Below the pieces are notes generated by a model, which was given only the letters and a program-made list of their open reading frames with translations, ran no database searches and was not told where the DNA came from. Below are positions 51,530-60,730 of a DNA stretch of 64,000 nucleotides, one piece after another (position 1 is the first letter of the stretch; the number at the start of each line of letters is the position of its first letter). This DNA is from Deltaproteobacteria bacterium (GTDB lineage Bacteria; Desulfobacterota_D; UBA1144; Nemesobacterales; CSP1-2). Made by a program: the position numbers and the translations under genes. The stretch is from positions 224,001 to 288,000 of the forward strand of contig JBQTHB010000005.1 in NCBI GenBank assembly GCA_052390235.1, written 5' to 3'.

Positions 51530-52299
51530 GAATATATACTAAAGAGTCTATTATCCAAGCTCTTGAAGATATTGCGGATATTGGGTGGATTCCAAATGCG
51601 CGTCCCGGTAACGCCGGCGGCGTTGGAAACACTCTCGAGAGTTTGTTAGAGATAAAAGAGAACAATCTGCCGCTCCCTAACGCCGCGGAATGGGAGCTAA
51701 AATGTCAACGTTTTAACTCCGCCTCTCTGATAACACTTTTCCACATCGAGCCATCCCCGCGAGCCATTAGATTTGTTCCTCGCATACTGCTTCCAAAATA
51801 CGGCTGGCCCGCAGGTGAAGGTTATCCTACGGGTGAGATGAGTTTCAGACAGACAATTCACGGACAGCCGAGCGATAGGGGGTTCAACGTAGCAATAGAC
51901 AAAATTAACCAAAAGTTGGTTATATCCTTTAATCCAAGTTTAGTTAATCCGCGACACTCGGATTGGCTACATTCAGTTGACAAACGAGTCGGACTGGATG
52001 AACTCAATCCGCAACCCTATTGGGGTTTTAGAGATTTGAGCAATAAAGCCGGCACCAAGCTGTTGAATTGCTTTTATGTGCAAGCCAATACAAAACGTGA
52101 AAAAGGGCGGGAATTTTTTCATTACAAACACATTTTAATGCTTTCGGATTTTGATTTTGCTAAATTTTTGGAAGCCATCGAACTGGGTGATGTGCTGGTG
52201 GATTTTGACGCGCGAACAGGTCATAATCACGGCACGAAGTTTCGATTGCGCCAAAACGCCCTGCCGAATCTCTACCGCCGAGTTTTCACTATTCGCTAG
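51526..52299 (+). CDS. MvaI/BcnI-family restriction endonuclease
   Basis: GGVGNTLE..L...ENN...WELK, ITLF, KYG and HNHGTKFR; ATGA overlap with the MTase. Confidence 0.85.
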   Translation: MRIYTKESIIQALEDIADIGWIPNARPGNAGGVGNTLESLLEIKENNLPLPNAAEWELKCQRFNSASLITLFHIEPSPRAIRFVPRILLPKYGWPAGEGYPTGEMSFRQTIHGQPSDRGFNVAIDKINQKLVISFNPSLVNPRHSDWLHSVDKRVGLDELNPQPYWGFRDLSNKAGTKLLNCFYVQANTKREKGREFFHYKHILMLSDFDFAKFLEAIELGDVLVDFDARTGHNHGTKFRLRQNALPNLYRRVFTIR

Positions 52300-52350
52300 C
52301 TGTGTCCGCTGAGTTGTCCTTAGCTCTTTGCTGCGAACTCAACGCCGCGC

Positions 52351-53361
52351 TTATTCTGGCCTTAACCCATCTCCCCGCAGAATCTCCCGGACGACGTTCT
52401 CGGCTTTGACCCCTTCGGCATCTGCCCGGAAATTCATCACTATTCGGTGCTTCAGGACTGCCGAGGCGAGCGATTTTACGTCCTCCGTCGAGGGGGTGAA
52501 TCTGCCGTCCAAAGCCGCCCTTGCCTTAGCCCCCATCACGAGAAACTGCGACGCCCTCGGACCCGCCCCCCAAGAGACCCATTTGCGTACGAATTCAGGC
52601 GCGCCTCCGTCCGTGGGTCTCGTGGCTCTTGCAATTTTCACGGCGTAAGCGGCGACGTATTCCGACACGGGGACTCTGTGTATCAAATCCTGAAATTCGA
52701 GAATTTCCCTCGCGCCGAGAATCTTTCTAAGCTCAGGCTTCAGCGCCCCTGTAGTGGTTCTGACAATCTCCACCTCTTCTTCGGGCGAGGGGTAGTCCAC
52801 GTCAATTTGAAACATAAACCTATCCAGTTCGGCTTCGGGAAGCGGATACGTCCCCTCTTGCTCAATGGGATTTTGAGTGGCAAATACGAGAAACGGCGGC
52901 TCAAGGGGGTAGGTTTCCCCCCCTACGGTAACGCGCCGCTCCTGCATAGCCTGAAGAAGGGCGGCTTGGGTCTTGGCAGACGACCTATTTATTTCATCTG
53001 CAAGGAGGATGTTGCAGAAAACGGGCCCTCGAATAAATCTTAAAAATCTGCGTTGGGACTCTCTATCGCTCTCAAGCACCTCCGACCCCGTGATGTCGGA
53101 TGGCATGAGGTCGGGGGTGAACTGCACGCGGTTGAAGTTGAGGCTCAGCACCTCCGAGAGCGCGCTTACGAGAAGGGTTTTTGCAAGCCCCGGAACCCCC
53201 ACAAAAAGCGAATGCCCTGAAGACATAAGGGAAATCAGCAGAAGCTCCACGACGTTTCTCTGCCCAATGATTAATTTGCCGACTTCCCCGACAATCGCTC
53301 TCTTGACCTCGGACAGTTCTCTGAGCTTCTCAACGTCTGTTTCGGTTACGCTCTCGTGCAT
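52351..53361 (-). CDS. MoxR family AAA+ ATPase
   Basis: GVPGLAKT, RVQFTPDLMPSD, LADEINR and ATQNPIEQEGTYPLPEA. Confidence 0.95.
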   Translation of the reverse strand: MHESVTETDVEKLRELSEVKRAIVGEVGKLIIGQRNVVELLLISLMSSGHSLFVGVPGLAKTLLVSALSEVLSLNFNRVQFTPDLMPSDITGSEVLESDRESQRRFLRFIRGPVFCNILLADEINRSSAKTQAALLQAMQERRVTVGGETYPLEPPFLVFATQNPIEQEGTYPLPEAELDRFMFQIDVDYPSPEEEVEIVRTTTGALKPELRKILGAREILEFQDLIHRVPVSEYVAAYAVKIARATRPTDGGAPEFVRKWVSWGAGPRASQFLVMGAKARAALDGRFTPSTEDVKSLASAVLKHRIVMNFRADAEGVKAENVVREILRGDGLRPE

Positions 53362-53387
53362 TAATCAACCTTAGATTTAGTATTGGG

Positions 53388-55076
53388 CTATTGCGCCGTT
53401 CCTTCGGCAATCGCATCGTCCGCGTGAACGGCTCTATTGCCTCCCCGCTCTATCGCCGTCGCGAGCGCGCCTTCAGCTATGGCTATCAGCTCATCTGGCG
53501 TTCCGCCTGCCGGATACGTTGCAATGCCAATGGAGACGGTTAAATCCAGCTCTTTGCCATTTGAATTCAGGGATGGCACCCGTAAATTGCGCTTGAGCTT
53601 CTTTGCGGCGAACGCGGCTCCCTCTGCGCCGGTATTCTGGAGAAGCGCGGCGAACCTAGCGCCGCCTCCGTATCTTGCGGCTACATCCGCCCTTCGGAAC
53701 GATTTTGAAATCACCTGTCCTATGGAGACAATAGCTCCGTCGGAGGCGTCGGTGATACGCGACAATTTCTCTCCGCTCAGGGGATGGCTGTCGGCTTCGA
53801 TGAGCATTAATGAGATGTTTTCCGGGCGTCTCGCGGCGCGGGCTAGGGCATGAGCAAGGGCTTCATCAAAGTATCTTTTACTGTAAAGCCCGGAGACTTT
53901 GTCGCAGATGCCCAGTTCGTTTTCGGCTGCGGAGTGTAGGCAGTTGAGCGCCGCTCTGCCCGCCGCCTGAGAAATTGCCTCGGCGACCCTCCCCTCGAAG
54001 CCGCCGAACGGGTTTACCCATCTTCTGCCGAGAACCGCGCATCCGACTACGGCGGCGCCGTCTCTAACACCGGAGGAGACTTTCATCGGGCAGGCTAGGA
54101 TTGATTTTATATTCTTCACGTCGAGTCCGAAGTCGAGTTCCCTGCCGAAGATCGAGAGGTAATTCCTCCTCAATGAGAAATCGTCAAAATACACCGCCCC
54201 TTCGCTCTTGTACGCCGCTTCGATGATTGTCCTCTCGTGAGAGAAGCGTCTATTCTCCAAATCCCTCCTCCTCTCCGTCCCCTTGGCGCGGCGCAAGACG
54301 CTTTCATTGCCCGCTTCCCTAAGGACAACCGCTATAAAATCCGCGCCGGCCATTTCGGCAAGCGCTGAGGCGGCGCAGTCGAGCGCGGCTTCGGCGTCAG
54401 ACGCTGAGTTGACGCCCTCTATAAAATCGAGCAGTCTGGATTCTCGCCTGCGATGCGCCTCCAACCCCCGCCGGAGCTGGCTCTCTGATACCACTGCGGC
54501 GATGCCGGCGGCGGCAAGCGAGGAAATTGATTTCTCCCTCTCGCCGAAAGCGCCGCTCTGGAGGCTATCGAGTATCAGCATCCCAACAAGCTCATCTCCG
54601 CCTACGACGGGCGTTACCAGAAGCGATTTTACCGGTGCCGGCTTTAGGTAATATGGCAGGTTCTCTCTTGGATTGTTAATATCGTCAACGGATACCGGCG
54701 TTTTAACCTTTGCCGCCCAGCCTATGTATCCGTCTCTGAAGCGCAGGCTCTGCCCCCTGTCAATAAGGCTCTCGGCGTTTGAGATGCACTCCCCGATTTC
54801 AAATGAGCCTACATCCTTTTTCATATACAGCACGGCGCTGTGAGGGGACAAAATCTCGCATAACGCCTCTAGGGAATACCTCGCTGGGGTTTTGGCGCTA
54901 TCCTCTGAGGGGGGCAGAGTTTCCTTGGGAATCTGATACGGGGAGGGGCGATGGGGGTGATTCCCCCTGCCCGTCGGCGACGCCCTGCGGTGGGAAAACA
55001 GCCCCGAAACGGACGGCAGGAGGTTTTTTAGGGAACTTAGAGGCAACTTATTCAGTAAATCTGTATATTTTTTCAC
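53388..55076 (-). CDS. GAF-GAF-degenerate GGDEF protein
   Basis: Two GAF-like regions; C-terminal DKVSGLYS, RRADVAARYGGGARF, TVSIGIA and GGNR. Confidence 0.8.
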   Translation of the reverse strand: MKKYTDLLNKLPLSSLKNLLPSVSGLFSHRRASPTGRGNHPHRPSPYQIPKETLPPSEDSAKTPARYSLEALCEILSPHSAVLYMKKDVGSFEIGECISNAESLIDRGQSLRFRDGYIGWAAKVKTPVSVDDINNPRENLPYYLKPAPVKSLLVTPVVGGDELVGMLILDSLQSGAFGEREKSISSLAAAGIAAVVSESQLRRGLEAHRRRESRLLDFIEGVNSASDAEAALDCAASALAEMAGADFIAVVLREAGNESVLRRAKGTERRRDLENRRFSHERTIIEAAYKSEGAVYFDDFSLRRNYLSIFGRELDFGLDVKNIKSILACPMKVSSGVRDGAAVVGCAVLGRRWVNPFGGFEGRVAEAISQAAGRAALNCLHSAAENELGICDKVSGLYSKRYFDEALAHALARAARRPENISLMLIEADSHPLSGEKLSRITDASDGAIVSIGQVISKSFRRADVAARYGGGARFAALLQNTGAEGAAFAAKKLKRNLRVPSLNSNGKELDLTVSIGIATYPAGGTPDELIAIAEGALATAIERGGNRAVHADDAIAEGTAQ

Positions 55077-55317
55077 CCTGTTTTATCATCCCCAGCTCTT
55101 CTCGCGCCATTTTTTCAATATACGGCTTGTCGGTGGTTACGGCTTTGATTCTGCGGCGAAGCTCGTCGTTGTCGCCTTCAATGCGCTCGATTTTTGCCTT
55201 TATCCGCTCGTTTTCCTCTCGGAGAACGTCGAGATGCGCAATCTCTCTTGAGAACACATAGACCGTGAACAGTATCACAGGGAGCAGGAGTGAGATTCTG
55301 AGGATTGATTTTTTCAT
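55048..55317 (-). CDS. ftsB: Septum formation initiator FtsB/DivIC
   Basis: TM + leucine zipper + IEKMAREELGMIKQGE. Confidence 0.88.
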   Translation of the reverse strand: MKKSILRISLLLPVILFTVYVFSREIAHLDVLREENERIKAKIERIEGDNDELRRRIKAVTTDKPYIEKMAREELGMIKQGEKIYRFTE

Positions 55318-55319
55318 CT

Positions 55320-55964
55320 TTAGAACACCAGCATCCCGCCTGTGAGAAACGGATTCGAGCGCTTCTCGATGTCAATTGTCGTCAACGGCCCATGTCCCGG
55401 ATACACTGTGTAGGAGGCGGGAAGGGGCATGAGTTTCGTCTTTATCGAGCGCACAAGCTCCCGCATCGAGGTTCCGCCGGTCAAATCCACCCTTCCAACG
55501 CTTCCGGCGAAGAGCGTATCGCCGGAGAAAACGTGGTTGTCAATTATGAGGCAGACGCTCCCCCATGTGTGTCCGGGGGTATGCACTATCTTCGCCCTGT
55601 ATTTTCCTATCTCGATTTCATCGCCTTCTTCCATGAACTTATCAATTTTGGGGATTTTCACCCCGCCGAATTCAGGAAAACGCCTTACTGCGTTGGGCAT
55701 ATCTAGGAGAACCGGCTCTTCTTTAGGATGGAGGTAGAACTCCGCGCCGAGGGCTATCTTCGCCTCTTCGACCCCTGCGGCATGGTCAATGTGGGCGTGG
55801 GTGTTGACAATTTTATCAATTCTAAGCCCTAAGCTGGAGACCTCGTCCAGTACCTCGTCAACTTGGCTTCCGGGGTCAACGACTATTCCCACCTTCGACT
55901 CTTCGTCGGCGATAATATAGCAGTTGGTCAAAAATGAGCCGCCGGGGATGCACTTTATAATCAT
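55320..55964 (-). CDS. MBL-fold hydrolase (glyoxalase II / YcbL-like)
   Basis: THAHIDH, HTPGHT, SGDTLF and PGHG. Confidence 0.93.
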   Translation of the reverse strand: MIIKCIPGGSFLTNCYIIADEESKVGIVVDPGSQVDEVLDEVSSLGLRIDKIVNTHAHIDHAAGVEEAKIALGAEFYLHPKEEPVLLDMPNAVRRFPEFGGVKIPKIDKFMEEGDEIEIGKYRAKIVHTPGHTWGSVCLIIDNHVFSGDTLFAGSVGRVDLTGGTSMRELVRSIKTKLMPLPASYTVYPGHGPLTTIDIEKRSNPFLTGGMLVF

Positions 55965-56239
55965 CGTTTAGTCCCTCGTTATCCTGATAATTCTAAATTC
56001 GCCAAAATCGCCTCGCGCCCTGCCGCGCCCCGCGACATAAATACCCCTGCCTCTTCCGACGCCCCGGCATTTGTCAGATTACCAAAGCGGGGATTTACTG
56101 TCAATAAAATCTCGCGATGCCTGACGAGCGCAATCCACAGCCCTGACTCCCCCCCTGCCTCCGATGGTAGAGAGGGTCAGTGATGCGGGCAGTTCAGCAG
56201 GGTGGCATCATCCATAAAAATTGCCGCACCCCCCGCCCT

Positions 56240-57166
56240 TCAGCCCGCCGATATGACCTCTATCGCCCGCTCCCGAACCTCAATCCTCCTCCAGCCGCCA
56301 CTGAGCATGAAAGGCTCTCCATCGAGGTGCGCCGGGGCGGCTTCGCCGAGCTTGATTTCCATCCACTTTGCGCGCTCTATTGTTACTTCTCTAAGCCCGA
56401 TATGACGTCCCTGAAGGGCTTTGGGTATCTGCGTGAGACGCCGCATAGTTGTCATATCTTCGATAACGTGAAAATCGAGCAGACCGTCGTCCACCTTGGC
56501 GTCGGGGGCGAGCTTGAAATCCCCCCCTTGCGAGGGCCCGTTGGATGCGCCCGCCAGCAGGGCTTTGCATCGAAACTCCCGAGCCTCAGTTCTAGCCTCC
56601 ATTTCAAATCCCCGGAACACGAACGCCTCTTGGATTGCTCCCCAGATGTAGCCGATTTTCCCGCGGAGGCGTTTTATGCGCCTGTACCGGTGGGCTACAG
56701 CGCCGTCGAGTCCGATGCCGAGTCCGTTGATGAAATACCTACCTTCGAGAAATCCGAGGTCAACCCGTCGCCTCTTTCCCTCGATGAGGGTTTTAACGGC
56801 TCGCTCTAATTCGAGCGGGATAGCCGCCGCTTTTGGGAAGTCGTTGCCGCCGCCTGCGGGTATCATGCCGAACGCCGAACCTTCGCCGACGAGCCCGTTT
56901 ATGACCTCGTGAGCAGTGCCGTCCCCTCCGACGGCGACGATGACGGGGAATCCCTCGCGGGCGGCGCGTCTGGCGATGCCGGTTGCCTCCCCCTGTTTGG
57001 ATGTGAGGCGGATTTCAAAAGAGGCGCGCTCGGCTGCGAGCAAGGATTCAATACGAGGGGCTACGCGCCCGGCTCTGCCGCGCCCGGCTGTGGGATTTAA
57101 GATGAGTAGGTAGTCAGCTTTGGGCAATCGGCTCCTCGCGTTTGGCGATGCAGGGTAGATGCACAA
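56240..57166 (-). CDS. Diacylglycerol kinase family lipid kinase (YegS/BmrU-like; start uncertain)
   Basis: NPTAG, GGDGT, PAGGGNDF and DGE motifs. Confidence 0.9.
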   Translation of the reverse strand: MCIYPASPNARSRLPKADYLLILNPTAGRGRAGRVAPRIESLLAAERASFEIRLTSKQGEATGIARRAAREGFPVIVAVGGDGTAHEVINGLVGEGSAFGMIPAGGGNDFPKAAAIPLELERAVKTLIEGKRRRVDLGFLEGRYFINGLGIGLDGAVAHRYRRIKRLRGKIGYIWGAIQEAFVFRGFEMEARTEAREFRCKALLAGASNGPSQGGDFKLAPDAKVDDGLLDFHVIEDMTTMRRLTQIPKALQGRHIGLREVTIERAKWMEIKLGEAAPAHLDGEPFMLSGGWRRIEVRERAIEVISAG

Positions 57167-57199
57167 ATTTTAGGAGAGATGCCACTCTGCGCCGCTGCC

Positions 57200-57820
57200 T
57201 CAGAGATTTATCTGAAATATACGATTTATCTGCTCGTCCGAGAGCAGTATCGGCTCGACGGTTTCACTGATATTCTCTCTGAAGCGACTAAGGTGGAGTC
57301 CCCGAATTGAGCAAGTGAGGATTGAGCGTATGTGCTTGTGCATCACAACTAGAGTTTTTTCGCCGGGGTATTTGAGGGCGATTCCCTTTACGGTCTCGAC
57401 TATTCTCCTCTGAGCGTCGGGTATAGGCTCACTGCCGCTGGGGATGGAAACGCTTGTGGGGTCGTTGAACCACTTGACGAAATTCGTATCCGTCTCGAGG
57501 AGCTCGAGCGTTTTCTGCCCGTTCCATAGCCCGTGGTCAATCTCCCGAAGACCGGTGTTTATCTCAAGAGGTATACCCAGCTTGTCTGAGTAGATTTTAG
57601 AAGTCTCATAAGCCCGCTTAAGTGGGCTGCAGACTATTCTATCCAGCCCCAGTTTCTCGACTATCGGTATGGTTGAATACGCCTCGGCAATCCCTTCGGG
57701 GCAGAGGGGCAAATCAGTCGTGCCGATGAGTCTGCCTTCGAGATTCCAAATTACCTTGCAGTGCCGTCCCAGATAAATCTTCGCTAAATTTGCCGTGTCG
57801 GTCATTCGCTCCATTTCCAA
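57200..57820 (-). CDS. Histidine phosphatase (phosphoglycerate mutase family)
   Basis: RHC (RHG variant), SPLKRAYET, LREIDHGLWNG and a second His in VMH. Confidence 0.88.
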   Translation of the reverse strand: MEMERMTDTANLAKIYLGRHCKVIWNLEGRLIGTTDLPLCPEGIAEAYSTIPIVEKLGLDRIVCSPLKRAYETSKIYSDKLGIPLEINTGLREIDHGLWNGQKTLELLETDTNFVKWFNDPTSVSIPSGSEPIPDAQRRIVETVKGIALKYPGEKTLVVMHKHIRSILTCSIRGLHLSRFRENISETVEPILLSDEQINRIFQINL

Positions 57821-57823
57821 TGG

Positions 57824-59572
57824 TTAATTAATCTCGATTCCGTCGCCGTTTGCTGCGCTCTTTTTAAGGGGCTGTAGGAACTTGCCGCCAAGAATGATTT
57901 GATTCTTCTCCGCCCCTTCCTGAAGCCTCTCGACGAGATACCCCCTGTCTCCCCCCATGATATTTACCCCGTGGTCTGACTCCACAAGGCACAGCAGATT
58001 CATCGCGCCCTCGCCGTTTCTATTGGCGATTTCATATACCCCTGAGTAATTGAGAAGGGCGGCTTCGATGGTGCCGCAGGGCATCGAGGGATTCCCCGCT
58101 CCGGCGACGTATTCGCTTCGCTGAAACCACTTGGGGTCGGGGTATCCGTGGAAATGAACTATGGACATTCCGTCTTTAATCACCTCCGGCGTGTATAGAG
58201 CCGCCGATAGGGCTTGGGCGAGGATAACATAAGTATCGAAAGAAGGCCTGATGTCGCGCCTTTGCAGATCCATACCGCGCGGGGTCTGAAGGTATAGCTT
58301 GCCTTTTACGAGTCCTATTCTCACCACATCTTTTTCGGGGTCGAGGCTGGTCTTATCGCACCCTGAGCGCGAGGTTACCATCCAAATATCCGGCAGCTGC
58401 TGATACATCCGACTCCCCCGCACGGAGGTTGCCACATACCACCTGCCGCCCTCGTCCTCTCTGACAGAGTCGGGATTTATGTTTTTTATCTCCTGGAGCG
58501 CGTCCCATCGCTCGCGGCTTATCTCTCTTAAGCCCTTATATGAGGGGCTCTCGACAACGGCTATGAATCCGTAGGAGACTCCGGTTCTGCCTTCGAGTAT
58601 TTTCTCGACGACGTCTCTGTGGGAGAGGCGCTTTATTTTTTCGCTGAATTTCGAGCCTGAGGGGAATAAATCCGTGCTTCGGAGCTGCCTCCCTAGGTTT
58701 GCAAGCTCTAGGGCGTAGGGGAAATCCGAGGGATCGAACTCTCCTTTTTCAAAGCGGTTCAGCACCGGGGGCTTTATCGGGGCGTAAATCTTCGGGATAA
58801 GCGAGTTGAGGATGAATCTATCCAGCTCTTCGTTGAAGAATACGGAATCCGAGAGGTTCATATTGATAATAGAGAATCTGTCCTCAGAGACGCCGATGAC
58901 AATTTCGGACATCGTCCTGATGAGGTCCTTAAGCCCTATGGCGATTTTTTGGTCGTAAGGAGTGGACTCATCTAAAAATTCCTTGTGGAGCGAGGTTATA
59001 GTGATGACTTGGGTGTTATAGGGGTCTTGGACGAATTTCGCCGTAAAATTATCCGCCCATCCGCTGGAACGTAGAATCTCCATTACGGACATATCGGGCG
59101 AGCGCAGCAGATAGGTGTATATCCTCTCGGCTAGGCGGCTCATGATTTTTCTGAACAGCGAGTACGGCCTGTCAACGTCTATTACGGCGTCAATACTGCT
59201 TTTGACCTTTCTCATGCGCAGAATCTTTGCTATCAGTCCGTCGGAATCCAGTTCTGCCGCCTGGTTCCAGTCCACAACCTCGACCCCTAACGCCTTTAAT
59301 TTCTCCTCAAGCCGTCTGTAGAACCTGAGAATTGTTTTATTCTCGTATTTATTCGACAGGGGTCTAAATGTAACTTTGACCTTTTTCGCCATCTCGCCAG
59401 GGTTTTTGGGATTGACAATTCCCCTTTGGGGTGGAATTCCGGTCAGAGCGATAATGGTCGCCAAATCGAGGTCTGCAATTTCGCCTCTCTTCTCGCCCCT
59501 ATCCCGCTCCGTGAACACAGCCCCATCCGAGGGCGCAAAACTGTTTCTCTGCACGTTTTCTCCTTTTATCAT
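57824..59572 (-). CDS. Large hypothetical protein with a class II aldolase/adducin-like C-terminal domain
   Basis: 582-aa ORF; TSRSGCDK, RPSFDT, VHFHG, PCGT and DHG in aldolase-II order. Confidence 0.6.
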   Translation of the reverse strand: MIKGENVQRNSFAPSDGAVFTERDRGEKRGEIADLDLATIIALTGIPPQRGIVNPKNPGEMAKKVKVTFRPLSNKYENKTILRFYRRLEEKLKALGVEVVDWNQAAELDSDGLIAKILRMRKVKSSIDAVIDVDRPYSLFRKIMSRLAERIYTYLLRSPDMSVMEILRSSGWADNFTAKFVQDPYNTQVITITSLHKEFLDESTPYDQKIAIGLKDLIRTMSEIVIGVSEDRFSIINMNLSDSVFFNEELDRFILNSLIPKIYAPIKPPVLNRFEKGEFDPSDFPYALELANLGRQLRSTDLFPSGSKFSEKIKRLSHRDVVEKILEGRTGVSYGFIAVVESPSYKGLREISRERWDALQEIKNINPDSVREDEGGRWYVATSVRGSRMYQQLPDIWMVTSRSGCDKTSLDPEKDVVRIGLVKGKLYLQTPRGMDLQRRDIRPSFDTYVILAQALSAALYTPEVIKDGMSIVHFHGYPDPKWFQRSEYVAGAGNPSMPCGTIEAALLNYSGVYEIANRNGEGAMNLLCLVESDHGVNIMGGDRGYLVERLQEGAEKNQIILGGKFLQPLKKSAANGDGIEIN

Positions 59573-59664
59573 CCCAACACGCCTATAGAGAGCTTAAAGA
59601 TAGACGATTTCGCCTCTATATTCAATACTCCCGCCATCCGCTCCCGCTTAGATATAAGCCGGCA

Positions 59665-60429
59665 TCAGACAGCCGCCCGCTCGCCTTCCTCGTACTCGGC
59701 TAAAGCCCTCTCCATAGCCTCTCTTACGGCCCTTATCAGCTCTTCCCGCCCCTCCTTGCCCGAGGAGAAATCTCTAACATCAACGGGGGGCAGTACCCTC
59801 ACTTTCATCACGCCGGATTTTATTCGGAGAGACCCCTTAGGCATAATGTGCCTTCCGCCCAGAATCATCAGCGGCACAATGGGCACTTTGGCCAGGGAGG
59901 CGATGAGAAATCCCCCTTTTTTAAATGGGAGGAGCTTGCCATCCGGGCTTCTCGTGCCTTCGGGGGCGATGAGGACGGAGGGCCCTCTTTTTATCGCCTC
60001 GGCCATTTTTCTGACCTCCTGCGTATCCCTGCCGGAGCCGTCGCGCTCGACGAAATGACTCCCGATGGCTCGCGTTACCCATCCCACGAAGGGAACGCCT
60101 CTGAGTTCTTTTTTTAGTACCGGTCTCCAGTGAATCGGAAGCGCGCCGGTGAATGCGTATATGTCTGCAGAGCTCTGGTGGTTATACATTATGACGCAAG
60201 GCTCTTTCGGGAGATTCTCTGCCCCTTCGAGTTCAATCCTCACGCCGCAGAGCCGCAAAATGTAATAACCCCAAGGCTTTATGGCGTATGCGAACATCAT
60301 GTCCTTCAGGGATAGGGCAGAGAAAATCAGCGCAAGGGTGCCGCAAATCACGGTAACTATGCCGACAACTGCTATGCTATAGAAGGTTTTAAGCATTTCT
60401 CGCGCGGATTCCGAGGTTGAGCCACTCAT
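59665..60429 (-). CDS. plsC: 1-acyl-sn-glycerol-3-phosphate acyltransferase
   Basis: NHQSSAD, KKEL, APEGTRS and PFKKGGF. Confidence 0.92.
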   Translation of the reverse strand: MSGSTSESAREMLKTFYSIAVVGIVTVICGTLALIFSALSLKDMMFAYAIKPWGYYILRLCGVRIELEGAENLPKEPCVIMYNHQSSADIYAFTGALPIHWRPVLKKELRGVPFVGWVTRAIGSHFVERDGSGRDTQEVRKMAEAIKRGPSVLIAPEGTRSPDGKLLPFKKGGFLIASLAKVPIVPLMILGGRHIMPKGSLRIKSGVMKVRVLPPVDVRDFSSGKEGREELIRAVREAMERALAEYEEGERAAV

Positions 60430-60460
60430 TAGAGGTTTCTATCAACCGGGTTTAAATGAC

Positions 60461-60538
60461 TGGCGGTCCCTACGGGATTCGAACCCGTGTTACTGCCTTG
60501 AGAGGGCGGCGTCCTAGACCAGACTAGACGAAGGGACC
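60461..60538 (-). tRNA. tRNA-Glu (anticodon CTC), CCA encoded
   Basis: GGTCCCT/AGGGACC acceptor stem, GGTTCGAATCC T-loop, CT-CTC-AA anticodon loop. Confidence 0.95.
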
Positions 60539-60730
60539 ATCGGCACAGAAGGGCAGTTTAGCACATTGACGCGTTAAATCAATATCCCGCTTGGGAGTTT
60601 TAATCCATGAGCCGCAAATCGGGGCTTGACCGGGGAGTCGTCCCCTCAAACTGAGCCAATTTACCGCCTCATGGTATAATTCTCCAAAGCGGCGGCTGTA
60701 GCCCTGCCCATAGCTATCGAGAGTTGCATC

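Noticed and set aside
56140..56212. Two adjacent imperfect hairpins as a riboswitch or ncRNA
   Set aside because: No known aptamer motif recognised; more simply a terminator or stability structure after the lipid kinase gene.
60461..60538. tRNA-Glu as an integration site for an island
   Set aside because: No integrase and no duplicated tRNA 3' end seen; plsC starts 31 bp downstream.
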